64,000 bases of DNA from Octopus vulgaris. Lineage: Eukaryota. Shown piece by piece: positions 1 to 12,962 of this stretch (position 1 is its first letter; every line of letters begins with the position of its first letter). A program made the translations under genes and the position numbers. The stretch lies in assembly GCA_951406725.2 (NCBI GenBank), contig OX597841.1, positions 124,001 to 188,000 on the forward strand, read 5' to 3'. Below the pieces are notes generated by a model that saw nothing but the letters and a program-made list of their open reading frames with translations, did not search any database and was not told where the DNA came from.

Positions 1-36
1 ATTATTATTATTATTATTATAATAATAATTATTATT

Positions 37-75
<39 letters not shown>

Positions 76-169
76 ATTATTATATGAAATCTCACAACTT
101 ATTTTGCTGGTTATTATGGAACGTGTCAGCTGTCCACAGCTTAGCAGACTAAGGTGACGCTTATTTACT

Positions 170-290
170 GGCCATGCTTCAAGAACTCTGCAAAGAATTC
201 TTACAGTTCCAAGCAATGCTTATTCTTTGAAGGTGTTCCACCTTCACACGTGCACCAATCTTTTTTAACCGTGTTGATAGCTAGGTGCTG
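170..290 (-). mobile_element. R4/Dong-like LINE 3' fragment
   Basis: The minus strand encodes ALLGTVRILCRVLEA-stop, similar to the C-terminus of the element at 39253 and to 42173-42510. Confidence 0.55.
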
Positions 291-341
291 ATACCTCTAT
301 CATCATTATTATTACTATTGTTGTTATAATTATTATTTCAG

Positions 342-520
342 ATAGCAAATGGATCAAAGTATATGCCATATCAAAGGGAGCTGGTTCGAAAGTCTATAAT
401 TCATTCCTGAATATAGGACTTCCTTCAACCTGGAATGTGGACAAATGCAATGGTGCCTTTTGTCCTAACTTCTTCCGACATCCTTTCCTCGATTTCTGGA
501 ACAATCTTCCAATTGATGAG
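342..520 (+). CDS. Secreted-protein paralog A, coding exon 2 (exon 1 lies upstream of the window)
   Basis: ttttcag acceptor and GAG|gtatgt donor. Reads (Y)SKWIKVYAISKGAGSKVYNSFLNIGLPSTWNVDKCNGAFCPNFFRHPFLDFWNNLPIDE. Same length (179 nt) and phases as the paralogous exon at 43959-44137. Confidence 0.9.
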
Positions 521-684
521 GTATGTATGTTTATGCATGCACAAACGCGCGAGTGCGCAACACATTATTGTCTTCATAATCGTTATAATGATTAACCGGC
601 TTTTAGATCAATTCAATTATGTTTGTAATATATTTGATTTCTAGAATTTATTTATTAGGTTGACGAAGTAGTGTTGTAAGGAAT

Positions 685-1105
685 TTTTTTTTCCCATTTA
701 CTACCCACAAGGGGCTAAACACAGAGGGGACAAACAAGGACAGACAAACGGATTAAGTCGATTACATTGACCCCGGTGCATAACTGGTACTTAATTTACT
801 GACCCCGAAAGGATGAAAGGCAAAGTGGACCTCGGCGAAATTTGAACTCGGAACGTAACCACAGACGAAATACGTATTTCTTTATTACCCACAAGGGGCT
901 AAACACCGAGAGGACAAACAAGGACCGACATAGGTATTAAGTCGATTACATCGACCCCAGTGCGTAACTGGTACTTAATTTATCGACCCCGAAAGAATGA
1001 AAGGCAAAGTCGACCTCGGCGGAATTTGAACTCACAACGTAACGCAGACGAAATACCGCTAAGCATTTCTCCCGGCGTGCTAACGTTTCTGCCAGCTCGC
1101 CGTTG
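685..1105 (-). mobile_element. SINE family 2, tandem partial copies
   Basis: Reverse complement of ggcgagctggcagaaacgttagcacgccggg...gagttcaaattccgcc (B-box-like). Same family as 5770-6725. Confidence 0.75.
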
Positions 1106-1213
1106 TAAAGAATCTTATCTGCGGCAAACCGCAGTAATAAGAATGTTTATCATGAACGAAAGACTCTCCCTTCTTGGAGAGATTGAAAAAGATAGATAGA
1201 TAAATAGACAGAC

Positions 1214-1275
<62 letters not shown>

Positions 1276-2719
1276 GTAGATATGGTTTTTGTATTTGGTT
1301 ATTCTTTATGTGAATTTGTGTGTTAAAGCACAGTTTATTGTATCTGGGGAGAGTCATTCTCTTTTTAGTGCCTTATTAGTTAACACACGCACCGGTTCGA
1401 TTTCCACTCATTTACTTTTTTTTTCTAAAATTTTCGTTACGTCTTTCAAAAGTCATTGAGCCTGTCCGTTATCAGGGCTGCGTTCTTTCTGCTTGTTTGT
1501 GCGCATGTGCGTGCGTTAGTGTGCATGTGTATACACATACGTATGTATATATGCATCCATGTATGTATGTGTGTATCCATATATGTGTATGCATATATAT
1601 ATACATATATGTGTGTGTATGCATGTGTGTACGTTTGTATGAATATATGCATGTGTGTACGTTTGTATTTATGTATGTATGTATGTATGTCAGGTCACTT
1701 TCGAGTGCTACTGGTAACATGTAACCCATTACAACCTGTTGCATTGTCGGGCCGTCTGCGACTAAACCGGCAACCCCACCAAGCTTGCTTGGTGAGGAGC
1801 GTGTTTATTCGACACACTGCGGGATGAAAAACAAAACCCGTGAAAGGGCGGAGGAACTCTTGAGAGTCAATGGCCATCGAATAAATGTATTAAGGATGTA
1901 TCATGCGCGGGGACATAGAAATAATCGGACTGAGTACCCGATCACGCGGTTAAACCATTGGGAATGAAGGACTTCTAGCCTTTGTTAAAGCATCCTTCTA
2001 GGAGAAGGTTGCACAGGTAACTGGGATAACTCCGATATAAAACCTGCTGCTCAGTGGTTACCGATGATGTTGACTTGTTCTTCTTTTCGGATTATGGCTG
2101 CTGTTGCTTAGTGAGTGGGATTGACTCAGTGCAGAGCCCTTCCTCACTTAATAAAAAATCTTCTTGCACAGGCATTGCACGATAACAACATTGATTAAGC
2201 TTCGTGGAATGGGCATACTCGATAACAAGGGGGCAGCCACCATGTATATATGTATGCATATTCATTAGTTTGTGTGTGTGTTTGTTTGTCTGTGTATGTG
2301 CTTGTGGGATGGGGTGTATCTGCATGTAAAGGAGATAAAAACGAATGTATTATTTGGGTATTGCAGAAAATTATTAATACATTGTGTCATACAACTCGGC
2401 AAGCAATAACACGAGATCTTAAGTAATACTATGAAATAACAAGTTTACATAACACTTCCAGTTCTTGAGGTCATACTGTATTGAAGGTTAAGTGATATAT
2501 ACCAGATAGTATCATGGTAGCATATGAGACTTTTAAGTGAAGTGTAATTAATTATATTATATGATTCATTTTGAAATAGGAAGATACGTGAAATCAGCAA
2601 ATACAATCATTCATCAACAGATGCTTGCGTAGTATACTTAAAATTAGATGATCCGAACACATAAGCAATATGGAGCTATGGCAAAGAACAAATCAAGTTT
2701 CGATTAGGGAGCAAATATT

Positions 2720-2860
2720 TAAGAAAAAGTAGAAGTGGATTCGTAGCACAATTATAAAAGACACACCAAATATAGCGAAAAGTGCTTTACAGTGTAATCC
2801 GGCTGGATATAGAAAGTATGGTAGGCCTAAGAACTCATGGCGTAGATCAACAGAAGGAAC
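2720..2860 (+). mobile_element. RTE-like LINE 3' fragment
   Basis: Translates WIRSTIIKDTPNIAKSALQCNPAGYRKYGRPKNSWRRS, resembling the RTE-clade C-terminal GRP..W motif. Confidence 0.55.
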
Positions 2861-3229
2861 TAGAGAAAGGGGGACATTCATAGAAGAGTATAAGTACAGA
2901 AGTGAAAAATTATGCGACATGGAATTCAACTCTAAGTGGCCTATACTCCGCGTTGGAGGGTTAAAGGCAGGAAAAAAAAAGATACGTATGGAGCGAGTGA
3001 CCAATCAAAGTCATTAATTTCGCATGTTAAACAGATTAATTTCGGTCAAGAGAATTACGAAGTAAAAATGAGAGTGGACATTAAGCTAACAGTGAAGGAA
3101 ATACATATTGAATTACCTCAATCTATTTAACTTGATCCATTTATTTTTATTATGTGTGTATGTGCGTGCGTGCGTGGTTGTAAGCGTATGTGGTTGTATG
3201 TGTGTGCTACATGATCATTTATTTTACAG

Positions 3230-3393
3230 GTGAAACTGGTGATTTATAAAAACCAAACAGATGTGGTAACTATAATATTTGATGGACGAAATACAAACCT
3301 TCAAAGCTGGTTCTCTCACGAAAAGTTGAAAAATTCACCGTGGAACGACCTAGCTTCAGCCACCGGAGTTCAATTCTCAATTGAGGGATATCT
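3230..3393 (+). CDS. Paralog A, coding exon 3
   Basis: ttttacag acceptor and CT|gtatgc donor (phase 2). Reads VKLVIYKNQTDVVTIIFDGRNTNLQSWFSHEKLKNSPWNDLASATGVQFSIEGY. 164 nt, the same as the paralog exon 45751-45914. Confidence 0.88.
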
Positions 3394-3784
3394 GTATGCA
3401 AATATATATTTCATCTTCTTTTATTTTTTTATGTAGAGACCTATAATGTTAAAAAAGTCACTTTACGTACGCTAGAGATAAATTTTAACACTATACATTT
3501 CGACGCGACACTTTCTGGGGATGAACAACGCATCTCCAGGCTTTCAACATTATATCTTCATTTATTATAATATACAGAATGCAAATTTGAACTAATACTG
3601 CAATTCCACCGCCGCCGAAAAAGGTTATTTCTCTATTGCTAATATATTTCCGTATTTTTAACAACACAGTTTTAAATTAAATGTTTTCCCGTGACAAACA
3701 GCTCAGTTTCCTGGATTTCACATCAAGAAGCATGTTTCAAAGTGGGAAACACGAAAATATATTTTCACCTTAATGTGCTCTTTT

Positions 3785-3959
3785 ACTTATCTCAGTCAAT
3801 TGACTGTGGCCATGCTGGAGCACTGCCTTTAGTCGAGCAAATCGACCCCAGGACTTATTTATTGTAAGCGTAGTACTTATTCGATCGGTGTCTTTTGCCG
3901 AACCGCTAAGTTATGGTTGTCAAGGGATGTTGGTGCGTAAAACACACACACACTAACAC

Positions 3960-4003
<44 letters not shown>

Positions 4004-4230
4004 CACACACACAAACATACACATACACACACATATACACACACGCACACACATATGTATATATACATATATACGACGGGCTTCTTTCAGTTTCCGTCTA
4101 CCAAATCCACTCACAAGGCTTTGGTCGGCCCGAGGCTACCGTAGAAGACACTTGCCCAAGGTGCTACACAGTAGGACTGAACCCGGAAGGATGTTGTTGG
4201 TAAGCAAGCTACTTACCACACAGCCACTTT
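3785..4230 (-). mobile_element. tRNA-derived SINE family 1 with internal (CA)n, in intron 3 of paralog A
   Basis: Reverse complement of the gtggctgtgtggtaagtagcttgct...ccgggttcagtcc head seen at 8907 and 12599. Confidence 0.8.
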
Positions 4231-4759
4231 ACCATAATTATATTTATTTGTATGCGTTCGGTTTAGATATTTTTATGTTCCGTTATATTATTTCTTTTGA
4301 CTAGAATTCATTTTATATTTATTTAGCGCTTTGATAAGTTGTTTAATACAGGAAAATGTTATCGCTCGTATGTTTGTGGCCGTTTGTGGATTTATTTATT
4401 TTTGTACCAAAGTGTTTGCCTCGTGTGTAATTTCGCCTTTGTTGGTGTATTGACATTTGCGCATTTCTGCGTGTTTGTGTGAGCATGTGTGTGTGTGTGT
4501 GTGTATGTGTGTGTGTGTGTATGTGTGTGCGTACGTGTGTGTGTGTGTGCGTGTTTCAGTGCATATGTGTGTTTTTATGTGAGTGTTTAAACCCACATCT
4601 TTGTGTGTATACACATTTAGTATGATACACAGATGGCTATTTTTAATTAAACACTGACGAATTCAATTGCGTATAGCGGACATACTAGTCTATTTAATAC
4701 ATGTTTAGATTTTCATATTCTGAAACCCAAACAAGTTTTTTCTTTTTCTAACTCCTTAG

Positions 4760-4920
4760 TCTTACACGTCGCTTTTATATAACAATACTTGGTAATTGTG
4801 AAGGGGATAGAGGCTGGTTGACCATCAATGAGGGACCACATGACTGTCAGTACGAAAAGTCAGATCACTACCCTATATTTCATTATTCTGATACAAAATC
4901 GAAAGTCATATGGAACAACG
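4760..4920 (+). CDS. Paralog A, coding exon 4
   Basis: ctccttag acceptor and G|gtaagt donor. Reads LTRRFYITILGNCEGDRGWLTINEGPHDCQYEKSDHYPIFHYSDTKSKVIWNN. Phase 2 in, phase 1 out, in frame with its neighbours. Confidence 0.88.
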
Positions 4921-4962
4921 GTAAGTGATATTGAATCTTCTGCGCACGCGCGCGCGCGCGTG

Positions 4963-5037
<75 letters not shown>

Positions 5038-5224
5038 GTGAGTAGTAGTACTAAAATTTATTGTTCAGCAACCAATGAGGCTTGATTGAGCTGATTTATG
5101 AATAAAAGCATTCTGACCGAGAATCGATTGCTATTTCTAGTAATTCGAGTGACCACGTATAAAGCCCTCCCATGATATATTTGAATGTCTTTTTGTTGTT
5201 GATGGTGTTATTTGTTACTTGCAG

Positions 5225-5280
5225 GTTATGCATTAGCAGACTCCATGGCCATATTCATCCGCCTGAGGCAGCAGAACTAA
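5225..5280 (+). CDS. Paralog A, terminal coding exon 5
   Basis: ttgcag acceptor. Reads GYALADSMAIFIRLRQQN-stop. Homologous to 46978-47027. Confidence 0.88.
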
Positions 5281-5769
5281 CCCAGCACTTGATATCCATT
5301 GATACTATTGATGTTGTTAACGTCCATCCAATCCAGTTGACCACCACTGTTGATCCACATAAGTCACGTTTTACTTTTTAATAAAGAATCCATACAAATA
5401 TTCTATCCAACATCGGTCTTTGAAGTTGTGATTATCTTTCTCTCATTCCAGCTGTTGTTGTTGTTCACATTCACCCAATCCAGCTGACCACCACTGGTGA
5501 TGCACATATGTCACGTTTTACCTGTTAATAAATAATCCATATAAATATTGTATCCAATATCGGTCTTTTGAGTTATCATTCTCTTTCTCTCTTTCTGAGA
5601 GCTGTTGTTGTTGTTCCAGTTCACGACTGTCCAGACTATATGTAAAAGAGATGTGTGTGTATGTGTGTGTGCGAGCGTGCGCGTATACACGTGCATGCGC
5701 GCACATGCGTACGTGCATGCGTTGTGCGTGTGTGTAGATAAATGAGGTTTTATCTCTGTGATGTTGGGG

Positions 5770-6725
5770 AAAGCTGGCAGAAACGTTAGCACGCCGGGTG
5801 AAATGCTTAGCAGTATTTCGTCTGCCGTTACGTTCTGAATTCAAATTCCGCCGAGGTCGACTTTGCCTTTCATCCTTTCGGGGTCAATTAAGTAAGTACA
5901 AGTTACGCCTGGGGTCAATGTAATCCGTTCGTCTGTCCTTGTTTGTTCCCCCCCCCCCCTCTGTGTTTAGCCCCTTGTGGGTAATAAAGAAATAGCTATT
6001 TCGTCTGCTGCTACGTTCTGAGTTCAAATTCCGCTGAGGTCGACTTTACCTTACATCCTTTCTGGGTCGATTAAATAAGTACCAGTTACGCACTGGGGTC
6101 GATATAATCGACTTAATCCGTTTGTCTGTCTTTCTTTGTCTCCTCTGTGTTTAGCCCCTTGCGGGTAGTAAAGAAATAGGTATTTCGTCTGCTGCTACAT
6201 TCTGAGTTCAAATTCCGCCGAGGTCGACTTTACCTTTCATCCTTTCGGGGTCGATTCAATAAGTTTCAATTACGCACTGGGGTCGATATAATCGACTTAA
6301 TCCGTTTGTCTGTCCTTCTTTGTCTCCTCTGTGTTTAGCCCCTTGCGGGTAGTAAAGAAATAGGTATTTCGTCTGCTGCTACGTTCTGAGTTCAAATTCC
6401 GCCGAGTTCGACTTTACCTTTCATCCTTTCGAGGTCGATTAAATAAGTATCAATTACACACTGGGGTCGATATAATCGACTCAATCCATTTGTCTGTCCT
6501 TGTTTGTCCCCTCTGTGTTTATCCCCTTGTGGGTAATAAAGAAATAGGTATTTCGTTTGCCGCTACGTATGAGTTCAAATTCCGCCGAGGTCGACTTTGC
6601 CTTTCATCCTTTCGGGGTCGTTTAAATAAGTACCAGTTACGCACTGGGGTCGATATAATCGACTTAATCCGTTTGTCTGTCCTTTTTTGTCTCTACTGTG
6701 TTTAAGCCCTTGTGGGTAGTAAAGA
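5770..6725 (+). repeat. SINE family 2 amplified as five head-to-tail 184-bp units
   Basis: tatttcgt recurs at 5814, 5997, 6181, 6365 and 6549. Each unit has a GTTCAAATTCC B-box-like motif. Confidence 0.85.
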
Positions 6726-7389
6726 AAGAGGATGTGGGGGAAGGCTTTCAGCAAATCAATTAGATCAGAACAATTATACTAATTATACAAAGGAAAGTGA
6801 AACAATATCCGGCGTTTCGCCGAAACAATCTTTCGGTTGGTCGCTCTAGCTTCATCAGAGCTGTGTTAAAGGGTGGTACTCTTCTGATTTCGTGACCGAC
6901 GTTTCACTTTGATCTCTCTCCAGTTTCCATTCTTGTGTTATAGAACAAACGTGGCAGCTCTACTGGAAGTGTGCACCAAGGGAAAATAGGGATCAGTGAA
7001 ACTGCTTCTCTAATCTGAATGTGTGTCAGGGGCTGAAATTCTTCGCAGGCTTTCAATACAATAAAGGAACATGGCTCTACTGCGTAGAAGTATTTACGAG
7101 AAGAGCGAGAAGTTTTAAATGTCCGGACAAGCGTGAAATACGAGGAGTGATAACGACACCCATTAACCGTCACCGGTGACGTGGAGATTCAACAATTTAC
7201 AGAAATGCTTCTGGAGAAACAACAATTTCCCATTGATGAGATGTCTTATTCTCTGCAAATTATTATGGTTCTGCATCCGCGACAAGCTTCGGTTCTGCGG
7301 AGTTAGTACGAGAAGGGCGCCAAGAGAGCTTTTCGATGTGAATAAGCGCAATCGTGTGGATTTTTGTCAATTCTAACTCGAACGCTTCA

Positions 7390-7810
7390 ACGATGAAACT
7401 AAAGTTGTTTTGAGGGAGAGTAGACACGATTGATGAAATCGGCGCCCATAACTTTGAGCCAGAATCCCAAAGGATTAGTATGAAGCGGAAACGACACGAA
7501 TCATCAGTGGAAAAACCTTAGGCAGAAAAATGTGATGCTAAGCGTTTTGGGGATGCAAAGGTTCTATATTGCAACATTGTCCCTTAAAAGGGGTCTACAG
7601 TGAAATGTTGGTTAACAAAGAGAGCAAGCAATTCGTACCAAACGCCGATGTCTATTATTGTAAGACAATGCACGCCTGTATTCAGCCACCCACACCGTTG
7701 AAACAATTGAAATTTGGATTTCAAGTTGTTGGAACATCCTCCATTTAATCCAGATCTCGCCGTTTCCGACTATCATCTCTTTGGACCAATCAAATGTTCT
7801 TTACGACAGC
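7390..7810 (+). mobile_element. Degenerate mariner transposase fragment
   Basis: Encodes DNAR.. and HPPFNPDLAVSDYHLFGPIK, matching the mariner YSPDLAPSD motif. Confidence 0.75.
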
Positions 7811-8347
7811 AGTCCTGCCCCGCTGCGGTATTGCCCCACTGGGAGCGCTACATGATACAGGGGTGAGGCGTTGAAAGAAAGTAGGGCGATAACGGGGTGG
7901 CTAAAAGGTGGTTATGGATGTGAAAACAACAAAATAATGGGCAAAATAGGTCATGTTTTATTTGTGAAATACCGTTGTTTTGAAGTTTGCTGTAGAAAGT
8001 GGTTTATGCCTGTGTTGGTGAGTAAGGGAGGCGCTAGGAATGTGGCCCAGGTGTCACGGGGACGGCAGCCCGAAAAATTTTGGGAAATAGTGCTTTACGA
8101 GGTCTTCGATTTGTTACGGGCGAATAAGCGCAGCAAGCGGTGCATGAATAGCTGCACGACCTGCCGAGAACTTTCTTCTCCGATGGAATAAGAAAGCTTG
8201 TGGATTGCCGGAAGAAAAGCAAGGAGGAACCTAGGAAAAAAAAAATGAAGTAATTGTTCGATCCCTGCTTTTGTTTTAATAGATTACAGAAAGATGTGTG
8301 CGTCCAATTTGAGACTTGCCTTTGTATGAAGCATATTTCTATGTAAG

Positions 8348-8732
8348 TGGAGCGCAATGGCCCAGTGATTAGGGCAGCGGACTCGCGGTCATAGTATCGC
8401 GGTTTCGATTCCCAGACTGGGCGTTGTGAGTGTTTATTGAGCGAAAACACCTAAAAGCTCCACGAGGCTCCGGCAGGGGATGGTGGTGATCCTTGCTGTA
8501 CTCTTTCACCACAACTGTCTCTCACTCTTACTTCCTGTTTCTCTTGTACCTGTATTTCAAAGGGGCCGGCCTTGTCACTCTCTGTGTCACGCTGAATATC
8601 CCCGAGAACTACGTTAAGGGTGCACGTGTCTGTGGAGTGCTCAGCCACTTACACGTTAATTTCACGAGCAGGCTGTTCCGTTCATTCGGATCAACCGGAA
8701 CCCTCGTCGTCGTAACCGACGGAGTGCTTCCA
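8348..8732 (+). mobile_element. tRNA-derived SINE family 3
   Basis: tRNA-like head (tggcccagtgattagg...ggtttcgattccc). Related heads are on the minus strand at about 21310-21630, 52840-53160 and 61313-61633. Confidence 0.75.
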
Positions 8733-8906
8733 TTTCTATGTAAAAAAATGTTTTCAAGATTATCTCCCTTCCATCATCAAGGCCAATAGAGTTATCTCCT
8801 ATGATTATTGAGATAATCTAACGTAATCAAATCAATCAGTCGTTCTTTGTGATGTTTGTCTTGTTTTCCGTTTGTCTCTTTCGTTGATCGCCAAAAAGTT
8901 CCATAG

Positions 8907-9305
8907 GCGCAGGAGTGGCTGTGTGGTAAGTATCTTGCTAACCAACTGCATGGTTCCGGGTTCAGTCCCACTGCGTGGCACCTTGGGCAAGTGTCTTCTG
9001 CTATAGCCCCGGGCCTTGTGAGTGGATTTGGTAGACGGAAACTGAAAGAAGCCTGTCGTATATATGTATATGTATATGTATGTGTGTTTGTTTGTGTGTC
9101 TGTGTTTGTCCCCCCTAGCATCGCTTGACAACCGATGCTGGTGTGTTTATGTCCCCGTTACTTGGCGGTTCGGCAAAGGAGACCGATAGAATAAGTACTG
9201 GGCTTATAAAAAAGAATAAGTCCCGGGGTCGAGTTGCTCGATTAAAAAAAGTGGTGCTCCAGCATGGCCGCAGTCAAATGACTGAAACATGTAAAAGAGT
9301 AAAAG
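8907..9305 (+). mobile_element. tRNA-derived SINE family 1
   Basis: A-box-like tggctgtgtgg, B-box-like ggttcagtcc, internal microsatellite and a (taaaagag)n tail. Confidence 0.85.
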
Positions 9306-9555
9306 AGTATTCCATGTCCTCGTACTTCGTATTTTTCGTTGTTTACGTTCTGTGACGCCCTGTCACCACATATGCATATGTATATACGTATACATGTAAG
9401 TATGTACGTATACGAACGTATATATGCATATATACTTCTAATAAAGGGGTCCAAATTAAGTAGGGAACATAGGTACAAAAATCACCGATGTCACTTAACT
9501 GAAAGTAAGGGATTTAATGAGAGTAACGTCCCCTTTGCGTTTCACGCAATCGAGA

Positions 9556-9596
9556 CGCATGCGCATTAGTTGTACTTCCGTATTCACTTTCACGTG
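9556..9596 (+). promoter_or_regulatory. Candidate promoter of the zinc-finger gene: NRF1/EWG-like, ETS and E-box motifs
   Basis: CGCATGCGCA (9556-9565), ACTTCCG (9574-9580) and TCACGTG (9590-9596) lie within 41 bp. Downstream are a donor GAG|gtatgt at 9850/9851 and an acceptor ttgtttcag ending at 12515. Confidence 0.5.
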
Positions 9597-9869
9597 CGAA
9601 GTTTTATATCGTGCGGGAGTTTCCGTTAATCAACATCGGCAATCACTTTTCATTTACTTCTCAACTTCCCCCACAAACTTTTACTACGTTTAATACGTAT
9701 AAATACACACACACACTTTATGAGAAGTCTTTCTTTTAGAAGACATTTCCGTGAGTATTAAACGATGAAAATACTTAATCTTTTAATCCTGTCCACGTTC
9801 GAGTTTTGTCGTGTCGATTCTTTGTACGTCTTGTCTTGTTTGGATGAGAGGTATGTATCATGTGTGCGA

Positions 9870-10765
9870 GATTTGGCTGCTATTTCTAGCTTTAGAGGAG
9901 AGATATTTACGATCTGTGGTAGTTTTGTCTGCTATTACTCGCTACGGAAGGGAGATGTCTATGAACTGTGGTAGTTTGGCTGCTATTACTCGCTAGGGAA
10001 GGGAGATGTCTATGAACTATGGTAGTTTGGCTGCTATTACTCGCTACGGAAGGGAGATGTCTATGAACTGTGGTAGTTTGGCTGCTATTTTACTCGCTAG
10101 GGAAGGGAGATGTCTATGAACTGTGGTAGTTTTGTCTGCTATTACTCGCTACGGAAGGGAGATGTCTATGAACTGTGGTAGTTTGGCTGCTATTTCTAGC
10201 TTTCGACGAGAGGTATTTACGATCTGTGGTAGTTTTGTCTGCTATTACTCGCTACGGAAGGGAGATGTCTATGAACTGTGGTAGTTTTGTCTGCTATTAC
10301 TCGCTACGGAAGGAGATGTCTACGATCTGTGGTAGTTTTGTCTGCTATTACTCGTTACGGAAGGGAGATGTCTATGAACTGTGGTAGTTTGGCTGCTATT
10401 TCTAGCTTTCTACGAGAGGTATTTACGATCTGTGGTAGTTTTGTCTGCTATTACTCGTTACGGAAGGGAGATGTCTATGTACTGTGGTAGTTTGGCTGCT
10501 ATTACTCGCTAGGGAAGGGAGATATTTACGATCTGTGGTAGTTTGGCTGCTATTACTCGCTAGGGAAGGGAGATGTCTATGAACTGTGGTAGTTTTGTCT
10601 GCTATTACTCGCTACGGAAGGGAGATGTCTATGAACTGTGGTAGTTTGGCTGCTATTTCTAGCTTTCTACGAGAGATATTTTCGATCTGTGGTAGTTTTG
10701 TCTGTTATATCTAGCTACGGAAGGGAGATTTCTAGGATCTATGTGAGATTTGGCTGCTATTTCTG
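9870..10765 (+). repeat. Minisatellite of about 47-52-bp units in the putative first intron of the ZNF gene
   Basis: Tandem ctgtggtagttttgtctgctattactcgctacggaagggagatgtctatgaa with interleaved variants. Confidence 0.95.
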
Positions 10766-11244
10766 TCTGTGGAAGCTACCTTCTACACTCTGCATCGCTG
10801 CCCCGTTAGTTTGTTTTGTGTTTTAGTTCGATAAATATTCTCAAACACACTCCAGCGACTGAAATATTGTGAAAGTGGCATAATTACAGATGTGTACCCA
10901 TCCTCCCGACTTTGTTGTCTCATAACTTCCAGAAAAATAGATACATTTTAAAGACCTTTTCAACAACCCCCCGCTTAAATGCTCTGGATTCAAAGAATAA
11001 ATGGATTTGTTGCAATGAATCTTTCGAGGAGTTGGGGAAAGGAGTTTCAGAAAATTTACATGATTCGAAGTTGCTCCTTCATAACGTTCAGGAAAATGGG
11101 TCTATTTTAATGAAAGTTTATAGAAATACCTTTTGAATGACACAGATTGCGATTAAAAAGATGAATATCTTTTGAGCTGATACGGTAAATGGAAATTTAA
11201 AGGGTCTTATTAAATACATACGTACATAAACGTGGGAATATTGA

Positions 11245-11735
11245 TAGTTAGTTAAGTTAAATTAAGTTAATTTTTTGGCTCAAAAAGCAAAAAGCAAGGC
11301 CATGTAGGGGGAATGGAGTTATGTACGGGGTGGTGTTCATGCAAAGAGTTCAGGCCATTTCTGGTCAAGGGAGACTTTGAACCGAGCGGTCGTTAGCATC
11401 TTCACTATCTCGTCTGGCTGCTTATTCCACGGATTCGCAACCCGGACAGAGAAAGCCCCTTTCCTTCGATTGAGATGAAATCGTCGCAGATAGAGCTTTT
11501 CGGAGTGACCCCGCAGCCGACGCTCTGGAGCAGGAGTGAAGAACAGCTCTTTCGAGAGGTTACACTTTCCGCTTATGATTTTGTGAACAAGAATGAGATC
11601 ACCATGGCGTCGTCGTTTTTCTAGAGAATAAAGGTCGAGCGTCTTCAGCCTTTCTTCATAAGACAAATGCTTGAGACCAAGAACCATGCAGGTAGTCAGG
11701 TTCTGGACTCTTTCGAGATGCTGTATGTCTTTGAG
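11245..11735 (-). mobile_element. CR1-clade LINE 3' end
   Basis: LSYEERLKTLDLYSLEKRRRHGDLI...RLRGHSEKL...FSVRVANPWN, followed by a (ttaac)n tail. Confidence 0.9.
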
Positions 11736-12236
11736 GAGATAAGGAGTAGGTGATATTAAGGAATAGGTGAGGTGATATTAAGGAATAGGTGAGGGTCTTA
11801 GCCATGGAGGCATTAAAAGGTAGACATTTAAATGATGACATTTGGCAACTGAGGTCAGTGATGGGAAAAGCCCAATACGTAAACAGAATATCATACTATA
11901 TATGAAAAGTAAAATTGAAATGCTTGCTTGGCTCAAACACAGTTCATAGAGGTAGAAATTTTATGACCAAATGCCATTCTTGTTACGAAACTTTCAAGCA
12001 ACGTAATATTTCTCCATGTCCAAGGTGGCCAGCTGGTAGAACCTTTAACATGTTGAGTTATATTTGAGCAAGGAAAATAATGTCCAAGACTCTGTAGTTT
12101 AATTTAAAGAATGATACACAATGTGAAGGTGTAGTTTTAGTTTTGAAATGTGTAAGCTCCATGTGAGATTCTGTGATGTAAATGTTAATAAATTGATAAG
12201 TTCAGTTGTTCAGGTAAATGCTTATATCTAGAGTAT

Positions 12237-12420
12237 ATCATCATCATCGTTTAACGTCCGTTCTCCATGCTAGCATGGGTTGGACGGTTCGACCGGGGAT
12301 CTGGGAAGCCAGAAGGCTGCACCAGGCTCCAGTCTTATCTGGCAATGTTTCTACAGCTGGATGCCCTTCCTAACGCCAACCACTCCATGAGTGTAGTGGG
12401 TGCTTTTTACGTGCCACCTG
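12237..12420 (-). mobile_element. (GAT)n-tailed retroposon; other copies at 16044-16340 and 18620-19470
   Basis: All three share catcatcatcgtttaacgtccg...ccatgctagcatggg...ctggatgcccttccta. Orientation is inferred from the simple-repeat tail. Confidence 0.75.
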
Positions 12421-12598
12421 CACCTCTACCGAAATGTTGTGTTTTTTTCACAGTTGAATCTGTATTTTTTTAAGTAGCTTCTATGTCTCACACTGTTATT
12501 TCTTTATTGTTTCAGAATATCAAATAACATTGGCTTAACAGAAGATACATTTTCAGTGACTAAAGGAAAATCTTATACAGAACATATATATATATATA

Positions 12599-12962
12599 GG
12601 CGCAGGAGTGGCTGTGTGGTAAGTAGCTTGCTAACCAACCACATGGTTCTGGGTTCAGTCCCACTGCGTGGCATCTTGGGCAAGTGTCTTCTGCTATAGC
12701 CCCGGGCCGACCAATGCCTTGTGAGTGGATTTGGTAGACGGAAACTGAAAGAAGCCTGTCGTGTCTTTGTCCCCCTGGCATTGCTTGACAACCGGTGCTG
12801 GTGTGTTTACGTCCCCGTCACTTAGCGGTTCGGCAAAAGAAACTGATAGAATAAGTACTGGGCTTACAAAGAATAAGTCCCGGGGTCGATTTTCTCGACT
12901 AAAGGTGGTGCTCCAGCATGGCTGCAGTCAAATGACTGAAACGAGTAAAAGAGAAAAAAAGA
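12599..12962 (+). mobile_element. tRNA-derived SINE family 1, inserted after (TA)n upstream of the ZNF ORF
   Basis: Near-identical to 8907-9305. Confidence 0.85.

Noticed and set aside
6904-7351. Short minus-strand ORFs upstream of a hammerhead-like relic
   Set aside because: No RT or GIY-YIG motifs recognisable, so left unassigned.
8348-8430. tRNA-like sequences at SINE 5' ends
   Set aside because: They continue into SINE bodies, and I could not fold a full cloverleaf, so they are not called tRNA genes.
9870-10765. CRISPR-like regular repeats (also 18815-19440)
   Set aside because: The units are contiguous with no unique spacers, there are no cas genes, and the context is eukaryotic.
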